DNA of 62,597 bases, the filler included, from Kipferlia bialata (taxonomy: Eukaryota): the NCBI GenBank assembly GCA_003568945.1. It is 6 parts of 6 records of this genome, joined end to end, with 100 filler letters (N's around TTAATTAATTAA, not from the genome) between each part and the next. Parts side by side here need not be neighbours in the genome. Positions count along the whole stretch, not along the records: positions 1 to 14,207 come from BDIP01000847.1; 5 more parts are not named here. The stretch is one strand, 5' to 3'. Below are positions 1 through 12,718 of this stretch, piece after piece. A program made the position numbers and the translations under genes. The notes beneath the pieces were generated by a model, which saw only the letters and a program-made list of their open reading frames with translations, had not been told where the DNA came from and ran no database searches. Each line of letters begins with the position of its first letter. The first letter of the stretch is position 1.

Positions 1-65
1 CCCCTCCCCCCACCCCCCTCCCCCCCCCCCCCCACCTCATCTCTCTCTCTCTCTCCCCACCTCAG

Positions 66-92
66 CTTCTCCCCCTGCCTGGCTGTCTTGAG

Positions 93-133
<41 letters not shown>

Positions 134-3100
134 CCTCTCCCTACCCCCAGCTCCTGCCTCTGCCTGGCTGCCTTGAGCACTTCAGAGAGGTGCAGGGCAT
201 AGACGCACTGGTGTCAGCTATCAGGGCAGACGCACTGTCAAGGAGTGCGGCCACAGACTTGATACTTAGGTATGTCGCATAAATATATTTGTACATATAC
301 CCATATATGTATAGTGAAGAGTGTATCACACACACGCACACCCCTCCTGACCCCCCAGGGTGTGTGAGCACTCCTCAGACAATTCACATTGTGTGTGTAT
401 ATTCATAGTAATACACATCTATATGGATACCATCACCCCCCTGACCCCCCAGGGTGTGTGAGCACTCCCCCGAGACTGACCCCACCAAGTACGGGTGCCT
501 CATCTGCCTGGTGCCAGAGCTGCTCGAGGGGCTAGGTACGGATGTACTATATTCACACCAATATATACTCCGATGCTAGGTGTGTTGATGGTGAATGTAT
601 GCCATATGTGTATACTATGTTTCGTTATCGTCTATAGACTCTATATACACATATCTCCTGACCCCAGGCAACCTCCCCGTTGATCTTCGGTCTGCCTCTC
701 TCCTAGCAGCTGGCAAGCTGTGCTCAATGACAAGGTGGGGTATTCGTACAGTATATATAGAGCTGGAGTATGCACATGTATGTGTGCTGTGCTCGATGAC
801 TAGGTATAGACATAGTATGCGTTGTGTATATATAGTATAGCATAATACAGTGTAAATGTCAATTACCATGTATATAGACCCTAACCCAAGTGGCCTTGAG
901 TAAGTGGAGACCGAGGACAGGGACTCAGATGTATCATTCCCACATTCTTTATTCATATTGAGATATAGTATATATACATATATATATATATACATATATA
1001 TGTATTAGCTAATACTGACTCCAGTGGCCTTGAGTATGTGGAGACCGAGGACCGGGACGCCGAGGTCAACTCTGGGTCCATGCCCCTGCTGGACAGTGTG
1101 TCTCAGGATGTGGTCAAGTACATAGTGTCACTCATCGGGTATCCAGGTACATATGTGTCATACATTGTACATAGTATCACTCTTCGGTACGTCACTTTCT
1201 CTCTCTATCATAACTATATATGTATATATGTGTATATAGTATGGTATGGTCACAGCACATGATGTCACTCATCGGGTACCCAGGTACACATCACTCTCTC
1301 TCTCTCTATATATATATATGGATATGTCAGTCACCCCTTGGCCATCCAAGTTCACACCTCTTCATCTCTCTCTCTCCCTCCCACCCCCCAGACGAGTCTG
1401 TCCAGTGCTCTGCGGTGTACTGTCTGTGGAAGTTGACTGCCATACCCCAGAAGGTAAGTATATATATATATATATATTGATACATTTACTGATGATACTG
1501 ACAGAAGGCACGGGCACACGCTGATAGGGAGAGAGAGAGAGCACCCTCCAGGGGAGGGATCCCCCAGCCACGCGACGGCTATGCCTCTCTCTCCCTCCCT
1601 GTCTCCAGGGGGTCCACTAGAGGGGGGTCAAGACAGGTATATATATACATGCACATGTACAAGTGTATATATAGATATCTATACTCACTCTCCTGTGGTG
1701 TTGCGTATTGTGGTATCCATACTTCTCTCGTCTAACCCAGGAGACCCCTCTGTGTGCCCTGGTCTGTGGGTGTCTACTCACCAGTGGGGCCATAGACTCG
1801 TGTCTGCACGTAGTGAGGTATGTATACGTGAAAGAGTATTTAGGAACACTTACGACTATTAGGAATATGTGCTGCCAATATACACTTCCGCTCCCCACTC
1901 CCCCTCCCCCCTCACCCCCTTAGGACCAACACCCCCAAGCCCGTCCCCCCTGGTTTCTCTCTCTCTGCCACATTCTCCCTGGCCCTGTGTCTGTTGGCAG
2001 ACGCGGCACTGAGGTAGTGTATATAGAGAGATGGATAGATATAAGGTTTTATAGATATATCTATATATATATATATATCCCTAGTCCTGTGTCTACTGGC
2101 AGATGCGGCACTCAGGTAGTGTTTATATATAGATATAAATCTATAAGTATGCAATCAGTTCATTACAGTCGTGCGTAGATATATCTCTTACCCCAGAGAC
2201 CCCGAGGTCAAGCACTACTGCCGGTGTGACACAGGCCTCATGGAGAGCATATGCAGGTATGAATCAATTCAGTACGTATAGTCTACATGTTGATGTTCCT
2301 ATTGACTCTATATATGTGTACACTCCTCTCCCCTCACCCCAGGGCCTACCAGTTTGACCTGTCCCTCAGGAGCACAGCATTCAGTACAGAGGAGGTGAGG
2401 GGCACTCTCTTCCGTAATGACACTCATNNNNNNNNNNNNNNNNNNNNNNNNNNNNNNNNNNNNNNNNNNNNNNNNNNNNNNNTGTATATTATACACACAT
2501 ATATATATATCACAGCATTCAGTACAGAGGAGGTGAGACACAGTACTGCCTCTCTCTCAATGTCACCATCTCACTGCATACCATTGATTTGTCCTCCCAA
2601 CCCCCAGAACGTGATGGCCGTATATAGCCCTCACTATGAATTATATCAATAATTGTGTGGATTAATGTCTACTACTGTCATGTATATATCCCTCCAACCC
2701 CCAGAACGTGATGGCTGCCTCAGGCCATGTTGCCACGAAGCAGAACCCTGCCTTCACCCTGAGGAAGAGAGACCTGAGGGGGTCTATCCTGGGCATGGAG
2801 AGAAACCACGAGAAGCAGCGGCCCTCCCTGACCTCTGCCATCTCTGGTGACAGGTGTGACAAGGGAGAGAGTGAGCCCATGTCACTAGTGCACAGGCTGA
2901 GGGGTCTGGCTGTCTGTGTGTGGCCAGAGCTCGTGATCGCAGCCCCCAAGGATACCACTCTCTCGATGCCGCCGGGTGGCTTCTCTCTCTCCCTCAAGGG
3001 GGGTGCGAAGGAGGAGACCAACCCCGATGCAGAGAGGGATGCCCTGCTGGCTGGACTACTACCCACTGACGCAGTACTGATGCTGGCCCTGCTGGCACAC

Positions 3101-3563
3101 CCACATGCAGAGAGGTATTGGGGTGGCTATTACACTATATTGTGTGTGTGTGTCACTCCCCCCCTCCTCCCAACTCGAGTGCCCACCTAGTGGTCTCTCT
3201 CTCACTCACTCACTCTCTCACTCTCTTTCTCTCTCTCTCTCTCTCTCCTCCAACCCCAGGGCCCACCTAGTCTCCGAGGCCCTCAGGATGCTGGGTGATG
3301 GTGTCACCAGACAGGACAGAGCATTCTTCGACAGGGTGCTAGTACGCAGTGGAGAGGCAGTGGATAGGTATGGTGGTCATGCTTCATAATATTCATTCTG
3401 AAGTCGCTTTAGTAGCAACTTTCATGTTGTATCAGTGGTGTTTCTCTCCCTAACCCCCAGGTACCGTGATATCCAGACGGCCCTTCTATCGGCAGACAAG
3501 GTGCGGTTACAATTGATATATATATATATATTCCTGTTTCTCCTCATCTCTCATCTCTACATA

Positions 3564-3594
<31 letters not shown>

Positions 3595-4048
3595 CACCTC
3601 ACCTCTAGATCCGTTCTCTCTCTCTCTCTCACCTCTAGATCCGTTCCGAGGAGCAGGAGCTCCGTGCCTACATGAGGCTGACAGACGATGAAATGGCCGC
3701 ACTCGACAGCTCCATCGGGGGGCACAGCGTCACAAGGTATACTGATATGTATATATAGAGTAGATTAGCATATATGTATTCAATAGACAGCTCCATCGGG
3801 AGGCACAGCGTCACAAGGTATACTGGTATATTTATAGAGTAGAGTAGCATATATGTATCAATTAGACAGCTCCATCGGGGGGCACAGCGTCACAAGGTGG
3901 GTGTAATTTTACACACACCACACAGTGTTGGGATAGTCGAGTTTATAGTATTGGAGATTGATATTTCTATTGTGTCTCACGGTTCAGGCGTGCCATTGCG
4001 GGTACCCGTGTAAGAAAGGAGTCCAGGCTGGATGCGTCCATGTACTGA
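66..4048 (+). CDS. Multi-exon helical/armadillo-like repeat protein, 5'-partial (possibly CFAP69-like)
   Basis: About 14 GT-AG exons splice in frame, e.g. LLPLPGCLEHFREVQGIDALVSAIRADALSRSAATDLILR, DESVQCSAVYCLWKLTAIPQK, ETPLCALVCGCLLTSGAIDSCLHVV, the long exon 2706-3114 and IRSEEQELRAYMRLTDDEMAALD. Last exon 3988-4048 ends RKESRLDASMY-TGA. The ARM assignment rests only on helical Leu/Ala/Cys patterning. Confidence 0.55.
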
Positions 4049-4242
4049 GGGGGGCACATACATGAGCATAGTTGTGGACAGCATCTATATATAGGAGAGA
4101 CAGGATTGTCTATTGACGGATTTGATGTGTGTCCGAGATTTGTAATAGATTGGGAGTTGTACGCATGTCAGTATTTACAACAAGAGAGGTTCTCGTATGT
4201 CCTTCGAGCACAAGACATGCTGACCTCTGGACTGTATGTCTC

Positions 4243-6240
4243 TCAAAGGTTGACTGAGAGTGTGGCATAGCCCCCAGGTACAGCGACTAGAGAGTCCCCT
4301 AGGCATGAGCAATAGTGAGTGTATATATCCTCGACAGAGATATATATCGTTGTCACTATACATGTGAGAGCAAACGTCAAGTACCAAGAACATATGACAT
4401 ATACCTGAGTATACATGGCATCTATATATGGCCTGTATATACCTGACTCAGTAGAACAGAGAGGCATCCTGTAGCTGACAGGGAAAGGAGTGTCACCGAG
4501 CACTGTCCACTCTTGGGTCTCCGTGTTGTAGGCCTGACATTAATATGCTGCTATACAGCCTATATTTCAATATATGTTATGTCGGAAGTGGTATCGCTCA
4601 CACGAACTATTACTGAACTCTGATATATATACAAGTTCCAGTTTCCATATTGACTATACTGAAGTAAGAGAGAGAGTACACATACACATGTATATACACA
4701 CCTGCACAGCCTGTCTGGGGTTGATGTTGTCGGGCCGGCTGTGAGTTAAATGGTGAAGGCGGTCAGGAGAGTTGTTGAAGAGTATGCTCGGTGTCCAAAA
4801 CTGTATTGAATCCAGTGGTCTCTACTCTGAGAGTGAGAGACGCCTGTGTATCGCCTTACCTCGGCTCAGCATTGACTGTCACTAAGTGCACTCCGACAGC
4901 CTGGTGGTTAGGGACAACGTGTGTAAGATGAGTTTGTTTATTATTTAACATGTCTCTGACTTATTGGGTGATGAAAAGTGTGTGAGCGAAGAGCTCGGAA
5001 TATCATGATGGAGGTCATGTCTAGAACGAAAAGGCAGAATACGGCTATTCTGTAGCAGTGAGGGAAGTGAAGGCAGGGTACTCAAGTGCCTCGTACCATG
5101 AGAAGGGTGGTCTCTCCCCCGAATATTCCTCTGACTGGTGACTGGGGGAGTTCGGTTACGCCGTCTTTCAGGGAGTAGGAGAGTACCTGCATACCTCTGA
5201 AGTAGGGTACACTGAGGTGGGAGCGAGAGAAAACGGGTGGTGCAAGGTGTATAGATACTGTGAGAAGAGATATATCGTACGGACACCACTATACTCTCTC
5301 TTGACTCATGTTTCCCTATACATGCATCTTCAACCTGATAGAATAATGTGTAGCTGTCTTCTAGGTAGCCTTAAGTAGAGGTTCTTTACCTTCCAACCAC
5401 AGTCACAGCAGCACGATAGAGAGCTGTTTCGTCCTTACTTATGTTAACAGGGATAGGGAAGGGAGAAACAATTATGTTGATATTATAGACACAAGTACAC
5501 ATCATGCATGCATATCCGGAATGTGGTGTCCACTTGCGAGTACTTCTCTCCGAGAGTATGATACACATTTAGGAAGTGTGACGTACAGAGATGGTAGCTC
5601 CGTCCAGACTCTGCTCCTTGGGTCGAACCACCAGACGGAGCCACCTACAAGAGTCAGTATGTGTGTATTCAGATATCGCTAGATGAGGTTACAGGGTGTG
5701 TTCCAAGTCGGTATCAAGAGTCTCTGCTTTGAAATGTATATATAGGGTGCAGAACTAGCCTCAGAAGAAGTATATATGAGTTCTGACCGCCACCAGCTCT
5801 GTATGATAATGCCTACTCCTCGTCAACATACCTAACTGTCCGAAGTAGAGCATCTGTCCATGGCGGCAAAGAGTGGTTCCCCTGATGTTAAGGTGAGACA
5901 CATACCTACACAGGTCGAACATCCGACAACGATGGTGGAGTAAATAAGTTATTTAATAACTAAAGGTATACATATGTGACATATGTAACATATATATCTG
6001 CTAGATCTCTACATGATGTCTATATGAATGTCTTTGAACGTACTCGAGTCCAAGGTGATGCTGGGGCCAGGGGGTCGGGTCTGCAGGGACTGGGGGCGAG
6101 GAGTAGGGGTTGCCCTGGGAAGGTGCCTGGCGGTTAGTATATATATGGTACATTAGTATTTGTGGTACTATGTATAGTACTAATAGTACTAATATTACAT
6201 CATTGACAATCCAGTAGATTGAATCCACAGGTACACTTCT

Positions 6241-6275
<35 letters not shown>

Positions 6276-7022
6276 CATGCACTGCAGGATGCAGGTCCCA
6301 CCTCGATTGTCTCCCAGGTCATCGTCTCCAGTGTAAGGATGTACATGTGCTTGGAGTTGAGGGCAATGCTAGCAGTGTTAGTGTATGGAATAGTAGGATG
6401 AATGCGGGAAGTTCCCGCCGGGAACAGCTTTAGACAGAATATTTAGACTAGAGTATTACAATAGTGTGTGCGGCCGTTATGTAGCAATGAATCGTCAACG
6501 TAAGGAGTGGGGAGAGAGCAGTGGTAGTGTTAGTACCATTGATACCACCACATAGTACTAGTATATAGACTCACACTACATCCCCGACCAGTGTGATGGA
6601 GCTCTCTGCAGATAGACCTGAGTGAGACAAGTGCAGTAATAGAGGAGAGATTAGTTATGTCGTGTTAGTTGCGTGGGAGACGCATCCTCCTCTCCATACT
6701 ATAGGTTCACACAGGGATATAGTGGTTGCCCCCCCCCCCCTACCTTCTGGCACATCTCCCCACTTCTCTGTCAGGTGGAAGTCTTCCCCCGGGGCACCGC
6801 GTGTCACTCTTGCGACATCAGTAACCTGGGGGGTGTAGTGCAATGACGGCAATACATATACGCCTGGTGGTTGGGTATCCGTACCTTGGTGGGGCCCGAG
6901 CTGCTCCCCTCATCCTCCTCTGTTATCATAGCCAGGTATGTCTCTCCCCCCAGGCTCACAAGCTTTGCTATGCGAGACCTCCACATGTGTAGGGCAGGTT
7001 CAGCCCTCAGAGTGAATGACAT
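4243..7022 (-). CDS. Multi-exon kelch-type beta-propeller-like protein
   Basis: ATG at 7022 (MSFTLRAEPALHMW...). Exons encode kelch-like strands: HMYILTLETMTWETIEVG, GTTLCRHGQMLYFG, GGSVWWFDPRSRVWTELPS, AYNTETQEWTVLGDTPFPVS. Last exon GDSLVAVPGGYATLSVNL-TGA. The full exon chain was not resolved and this could be two genes. Confidence 0.55.
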
Positions 7023-7375
7023 GCTGCCACTGGATCACCAATCACACTGTAGAGAGCCTCTCTGAGAGGGCGAGTGAGTCGGGGGAGTCGGATGAATCGG
7101 AGAAGAATCGGATATAACGCCTGGCTGCTTCAATTATGCTAACTGGCTCTCTATAGACGCTGGATTCACTACCAATTCTCCATATTAGCACTTTTACTTC
7201 CCACAGTACGTTGATTTGCCGATATAGTGCTGATGCAGACATTATGTCAATGTACTGTTGAGTAGTCAGAGATTACAGTAGCCTTGTCTTCTGGGTATAC
7301 AGTCACTGTAGACAGGGTCATTGGGTTCAAGCATTTAGACAATTGTCTGTGTGAGGCACACTAGATGTGAGTGCA

Positions 7376-8133
7376 TCAGCGGTCGAGCACCACAGAGAAC
7401 ACACGGGGAGGGCCACTTTCCACCCCCATGCTCTCTAGTACTGCCTGGCCCCTCTCGACAAGGCATGTATCACCCAGGACAGTGAGCATTGTCTCTGTTG
7501 ATACCTAGGGGGAGAGGGGAGAGAGTAGAGGGGGGAGTGGATGATATATATAGTATTGTAGTGAAGAGACACATTGTAAACACCCACGCACCCCCGATCC
7601 GTTGTTGCCACTAGGGAGAAGCATGTACTCCGGCTCAATCAGGGAACTGGGGTGAGGGAGGGGACGAGAGAGTGAATGTGTGTGTTGTTGTGTACCTAGA
7701 TCCACTCGTAATACCGATGTAAAGCTGCAGACAATGGGGTATTATACATGTATAAGTATCCAGTTAGGAATGGTTGCAGGAGTCTCAGTGTGTACCGTAC
7801 ATGTATACAGAGAATGCCTTGTGTGACGCCTTGCCCCCTGTGTATATGGACACCCCCCTGGGCAGTATGCCACTGTCCCACAGGTCAACCTCCCTCTGTA
7901 CACCTACGCCTGATAGGAGAGGATAACCGTGCAGAGAGATAGAGTGTCTGGCTGGATTCAAGGGAGAGACACTATTTTCTCCTACTTCTATGCCCACCTT
8001 GGTATGATGTGTGTCTACCTTGGTATGATGTGTGTCCCTCTGTTGCATGTAGGTCTAGCCGGTGCTCCTTAGCCCATGCCTCAGCACCGGCTACACCCAC
8101 TTCCCACCCCACAATGAGTATTCCCTCTACCAT
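7376..8133 (-). CDS. Hypothetical multi-exon protein
   Basis: Exons MVEGILIVGWEVGVAGAEAWAKEHRLDLHATEGHTSYQ | GVGVQREVDLWDSGILPRGVSIYTGGKASHKAFS | SLIEPEYMLLPSGNNGSG | VSTETMLTVLGDTCLVERGQAVLESMGVESGPPRVFSVVLDR-TGA, with typical CTCACCCCAG/CCCCTAG acceptors. Confidence 0.55.
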
Positions 8134-10260
8134 TGCAGTCCAATGAACAGAGAGATAGAGAGAGAGAGCCTGAGAATAGGCCCGCAGATTCTCCGATCGG
8201 AGAGTCTGCGACCGACATTGGATTTGGACTGATGAGGTCTCTCTACAGTTCTCCCTCTCTCTACCTCTCCCTCCCAGTGCGATGGGACTGGACTATGATG
8301 CCCTGCTGTTGGTGGGGTGGGTGTGCCCTAGGGAAGGGGTGAAGGCATGGGCTGAGAGGTGGGGGGAGTACGCAGTATCAGTATCAGTATAAGTATTGCT
8401 TGATATCATAGTTATCATATCCAATCTGATACTGATGGGGTCTATGCATGGGCCAAGGGGTGGGGTGAAACACGCTACCCGCACTCACTTATTCTCCTCC
8501 ATATTCAATGTGTCTCTCGTTCCTCTGTCTAGCCCCCACCCCCAGCCACAACATAGGGCCCGATTGGTTCACCCACACCAAAGCTATTACCGCCGATTTA
8601 GAGGTGGGTGTATGTAGTGAAGAGATTCTGGAATACATCCACAGATACACCAGGACATAGAAATATCTCTGAGAGAGACTAACCCATATACAATCTCTCT
8701 CAATATGTAACTCTCAGGAGGCTGATATGCATGATATGGGCATTCTTCCCGAGGGTGTTACTCTTCACACCACTGGTTGTGCGTATACCCCATGGTAGGG
8801 TGCATTAGGATATTCATTGTCCTTGGTATATAGCTCCTGTATATAGTGTATTATGTCTGCGAATGCCAATGCTACATGTGTATCTCTCCCCCCAAGGTAT
8901 GTCACCCACGTATCCGTTGTGGATGCTAAGAGGCTAGAGCAGAGCGGAAGACTCACAGGCAGAGAGGTACATAGTGTATACTATTCTCTATATACTATTC
9001 TATATTCAATATACTATATAGTATATACTATGCAGAGACCGAAAGACTCAGAGGCAGAGAGCTATGCACACAGCTTGCTATTTGCATGCACACACACTAT
9101 ATATGAGTATATATGAGTAACTATCTACGCCTGGTCTGCATCTCACTCATGATACTGATACTGACACTTAAGACTCACTATCAGAGAGGTATAAACATAC
9201 AAGGCTTCCACTAATGACATTATTACCGCACACACACCTTTGACATGGGATTCTCTCTCTCTATATATACACTCTTCGTCGGTGTCTCCCTCCCACCAGA
9301 TCTCAGTGGATACCCTCTGCTGTGCTCTACAGGACAATGCACTGATGGAGAGGGCAAAGGTATGGTGTAGTGACATTCATACTTGGTATATGGACGCCAA
9401 GTCTTAGTGTCATATCGGTTTGTGACTGCGAGTGGCTCTCTTTCATGTAAACACGAGTGTGACGTGTGGGGGTCTGTCTAAGTAATATCAGTCTGACTCC
9501 TAGGCCTTTGCCCTACAGCTGGGGTGTGAGGACATCCCCCCTAGAGTATATGCAGCAGGGTATCTGAACTGACTCTGTTCAACTGAGTGTACAGTCCCAG
9601 TTAACAATCACTCATACTGGTGCCTGAGTTGAGTGTAGCCGCGGCCTGCACATACAATACAGAGTAGTTTGGGTGGCAGTGGACAGATATGCGAAAGAAT
9701 ACTCATGGAAGCACTCGTCTATTAGTACTATAGATATCCACTGCTCAATTTCAGCAGTTCACTATTTGCATCAGTGTATATATATATTGGGTATCCACAC
9801 ACAGAGTTCTCTCTGAATGGGATACTCAGTAGTTTTCAAAGTACTGTTTCTCTGAACTAGATCAGTACTTGACAAGTACTGTACTTGTGCACTATCATCG
9901 ACCCAGTAGGATGACTGTGATATAATCTTCCTGCCACCTCCAACTATATACATGGAGGATATATGATTATGGATTCCGATATCTAACAGTGGATGGCTGA
10001 TGCCAAGTATACTCTTGGGATCACGTATCTGATGAAAGTCCACCATCCCTGTAGAGAATGCAGGGTAGGGGCTACTATGAAATACAATTTACATTCTGTA
10101 TTCGACTGTGTATTTGTAGCTCTAACCATAATGTCATCGATATTCGTAACTGTAGACGACAGTCACCTCTTTGCAGTACTGTACACCTCGATGTTGTATC
10201 TTCTGAATTGATGACCCCCTCCTACTCTCCAGCTGACCAGGTGTCACCAGCAGTGATACA

Positions 10261-11883
10261 ATGGAGAGGCTCTCGTCCAGCTGGTATGGGGAGATCCACA
10301 AGTGGAGAGAACCGACAGACTTGAGAGAGCAGCGTGTCTTTACGAGTGTGGTGGCTCTTGGGGGCAACTCGGCATTACTGGGTACACACTGCATACTCTC
10401 GATACTGGACGGTCTCCTTAGAAGACTACCCTATATATACTACCATGACTAACCTAGTGTACAAGCCCCCTAGCTTGTTGAACACTCTCTCCTTCGTGCC
10501 AACGAACGCCACCTCTATAATTACACTGCTGTCCGTGGAGCAGGGTGGGGGACTGGAGGAGATGGGAGTGGAGTGCCCCTTCGAGGACCATGTATCGGTG
10601 GGTCCACATATACTACAGTGTCATCATTCAGATGACATCATAATCTAGGGGTCTTACTACACATTCTGATACTGACTTATCAGGTACCAGTGAAGCGTCC
10701 TTGACGTTGACGGGACTGTGTGTTCGTTCACAACCGACTTTGAGGAGTTTTACACGGACTACGTCCGTGATTGTTACCACCTCTATGTGTTCCACAAGGA
10801 CACCTTAGAATGGGAGGAGGTGGACCAATCATCTATGCCTCAATGGTTGATCGACATGGACAGGGTCAGCTGCCTCTCCCTTGGTGGGAAGCTTGTTGTG
10901 TGTGGGATTCCCGCAGCAGACTACAGTGGCGACACCAGCGACGACGAGGACCGGCAGTCTCAGGGACCCCAGCCCATCATAGCGACATGGGATCCCAGCA
11001 CCCTGCTGTGGGAGACAGTACCCTCCGACACCCTTCCTGGGATGGAGTGACCTGATGTCTGGAGGCAGGCTGTGCTGAACAGGGTATGTATATACACACA
11101 CACACATATATATATGTATACACATACATATATACATATATACACATACATATATACATATATACACATACATATGTACATGAATATGTATAAATGGCAG
11201 GCTGTGCTCAACGGGGTACACAATATATACTATATACGGGACATGTATAGATATTTCCACGGCACAGCAACCTGTCTACGGTACTACTAACCCCACAGCT
11301 GAGAGCTTGACGTTCTAATGCCACCACTACTCTTATGTCACTGACCTCAGATGATATTCCTTCCACAGTATGATGAGCTGCTGAAGGTGACGCCTTCAGT
11401 AGCAGCTGAGATTCTGGGACCTAAACAAGAGGTAGTGGTGGTTAGTGTAATGAATTCTATTGGCTCCATGGCCTACTAATGTCATCGTCACATGATAGCT
11501 AATGTTCTGCGGAGCCCCTGTGTCTCACCATAACAGGTGTACGGTGCTGTCGAGTGTGGGAGGTACATCGTCATGTTTGGAGAAGCGAGGCTACCTGCCC
11601 TTCAAGAGAACCAGGCATCTTCCCTGGTGCTGCTGTTGGACACAGTATCGAGAGAGGTGACGGTTGGGGACGGGGCGCTAGACGCATACGCAACCGCAAC
11701 CCCTGCTCCTGGTACCGGTGTGGGAGGGACATTCTTCGCACTCGTCTCTGTACTCCTCACCCCCACGACCCCAAACACTCCCAACACCCTCCTTTTAGTC
11801 TCGTCCAGGCATATGGTGTCACCATAATGGTGACAGTAGAGGTGGATTCTACTCTCATGCAGCATGGCTTTATCTATGAATGA
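10261..11883 (+). pseudogene. Kelch-type beta-propeller-like gene with disruptions (probable pseudogene)
   Basis: Kelch-like segments FTSVVALGGNSALL, HLYVFHKDTLEWEEV, CLSLGGKLVVCG, IATWDPSTLLWETVP, AVECGRYIVMFG, VLLLDTVSRE. In-frame TGA at 10691-10693 and 11048-11050 inside coding-looking sequence, plus an apparent frameshift near 11825. Confidence 0.5.
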
Positions 11884-12718
11884 GAGGGATGAGACTCTCA
11901 TCATGAGAGAGCAGAAGGGCTCATGTCAAATTAGGACAGAGCTGGTTAGTAAATTTTCAAGTATACTGACCATCGTGCCCAAACAGAGTGGCTATAGTCA
12001 CTAGAGATGTATGCTGTAATGACACCCATGTGAACGAATATGCTTGGCAACGCCTGTAAGATGGTCCCTAAAATGTATCAGGGAGAGGGGGAGTTAAACG
12101 TGTGTTTGCGGGTATGAGGACATCCGTCCTAGAGTGTATGCAGCTGGTATCTTAACTATGTGGACAGTGTCAGTACATCAGATCAGATAACTAATACTTA
12201 TACCTCATTTTAGCGCAGGCTAGCCTAGCTGCTAGACCGATACAGAGTCACTCAATACTGTGGCCTGTTAAGTGGACGTGTACATCTTGTCATATATCTG
12301 CTGTACCTGTTTAGCAGTTCTGAACCAGCCCTCACTGTACTGGTCAACTTAAAGCGCAGTAGTGAGTTACTAGGTCAAGTAGGAATCCAATGCAAAGACA
12401 GACACAGTGGGAACTGTCATGTCGTCTGTGGCTGATTCAAAAGAGGAATGAGCTGCTTGTACTCAATGGAGGATAGAGTGAAGGTATCATACATCAATCT
12501 GATGATCAAATGCTCCAATAAATACAGTAGTGTCTATTGGTTGCGACGGATGCTGCTATTTCTCAACCAAACAAGACTAGTGATAGAGTATCTTACGTGA
12601 CTCTCAATACTAGACCCATACAGTACAAGTAACTGGCATGATATGTGAACTATTGAATATTGCAAAAGCCATGCTTCCCTAGGGCCTAGGATAGACGTAT
12701 GAATCATAATGAGATCAG

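Noticed and set aside
8293..9376. Possible minus-strand gene (MSLHHTFALS..., ...DTLNMEENK|GTGAGT)
   Set aside because: Some donor-like sites exist, but I could not build a consistent stop-free exon chain or recognise a motif.
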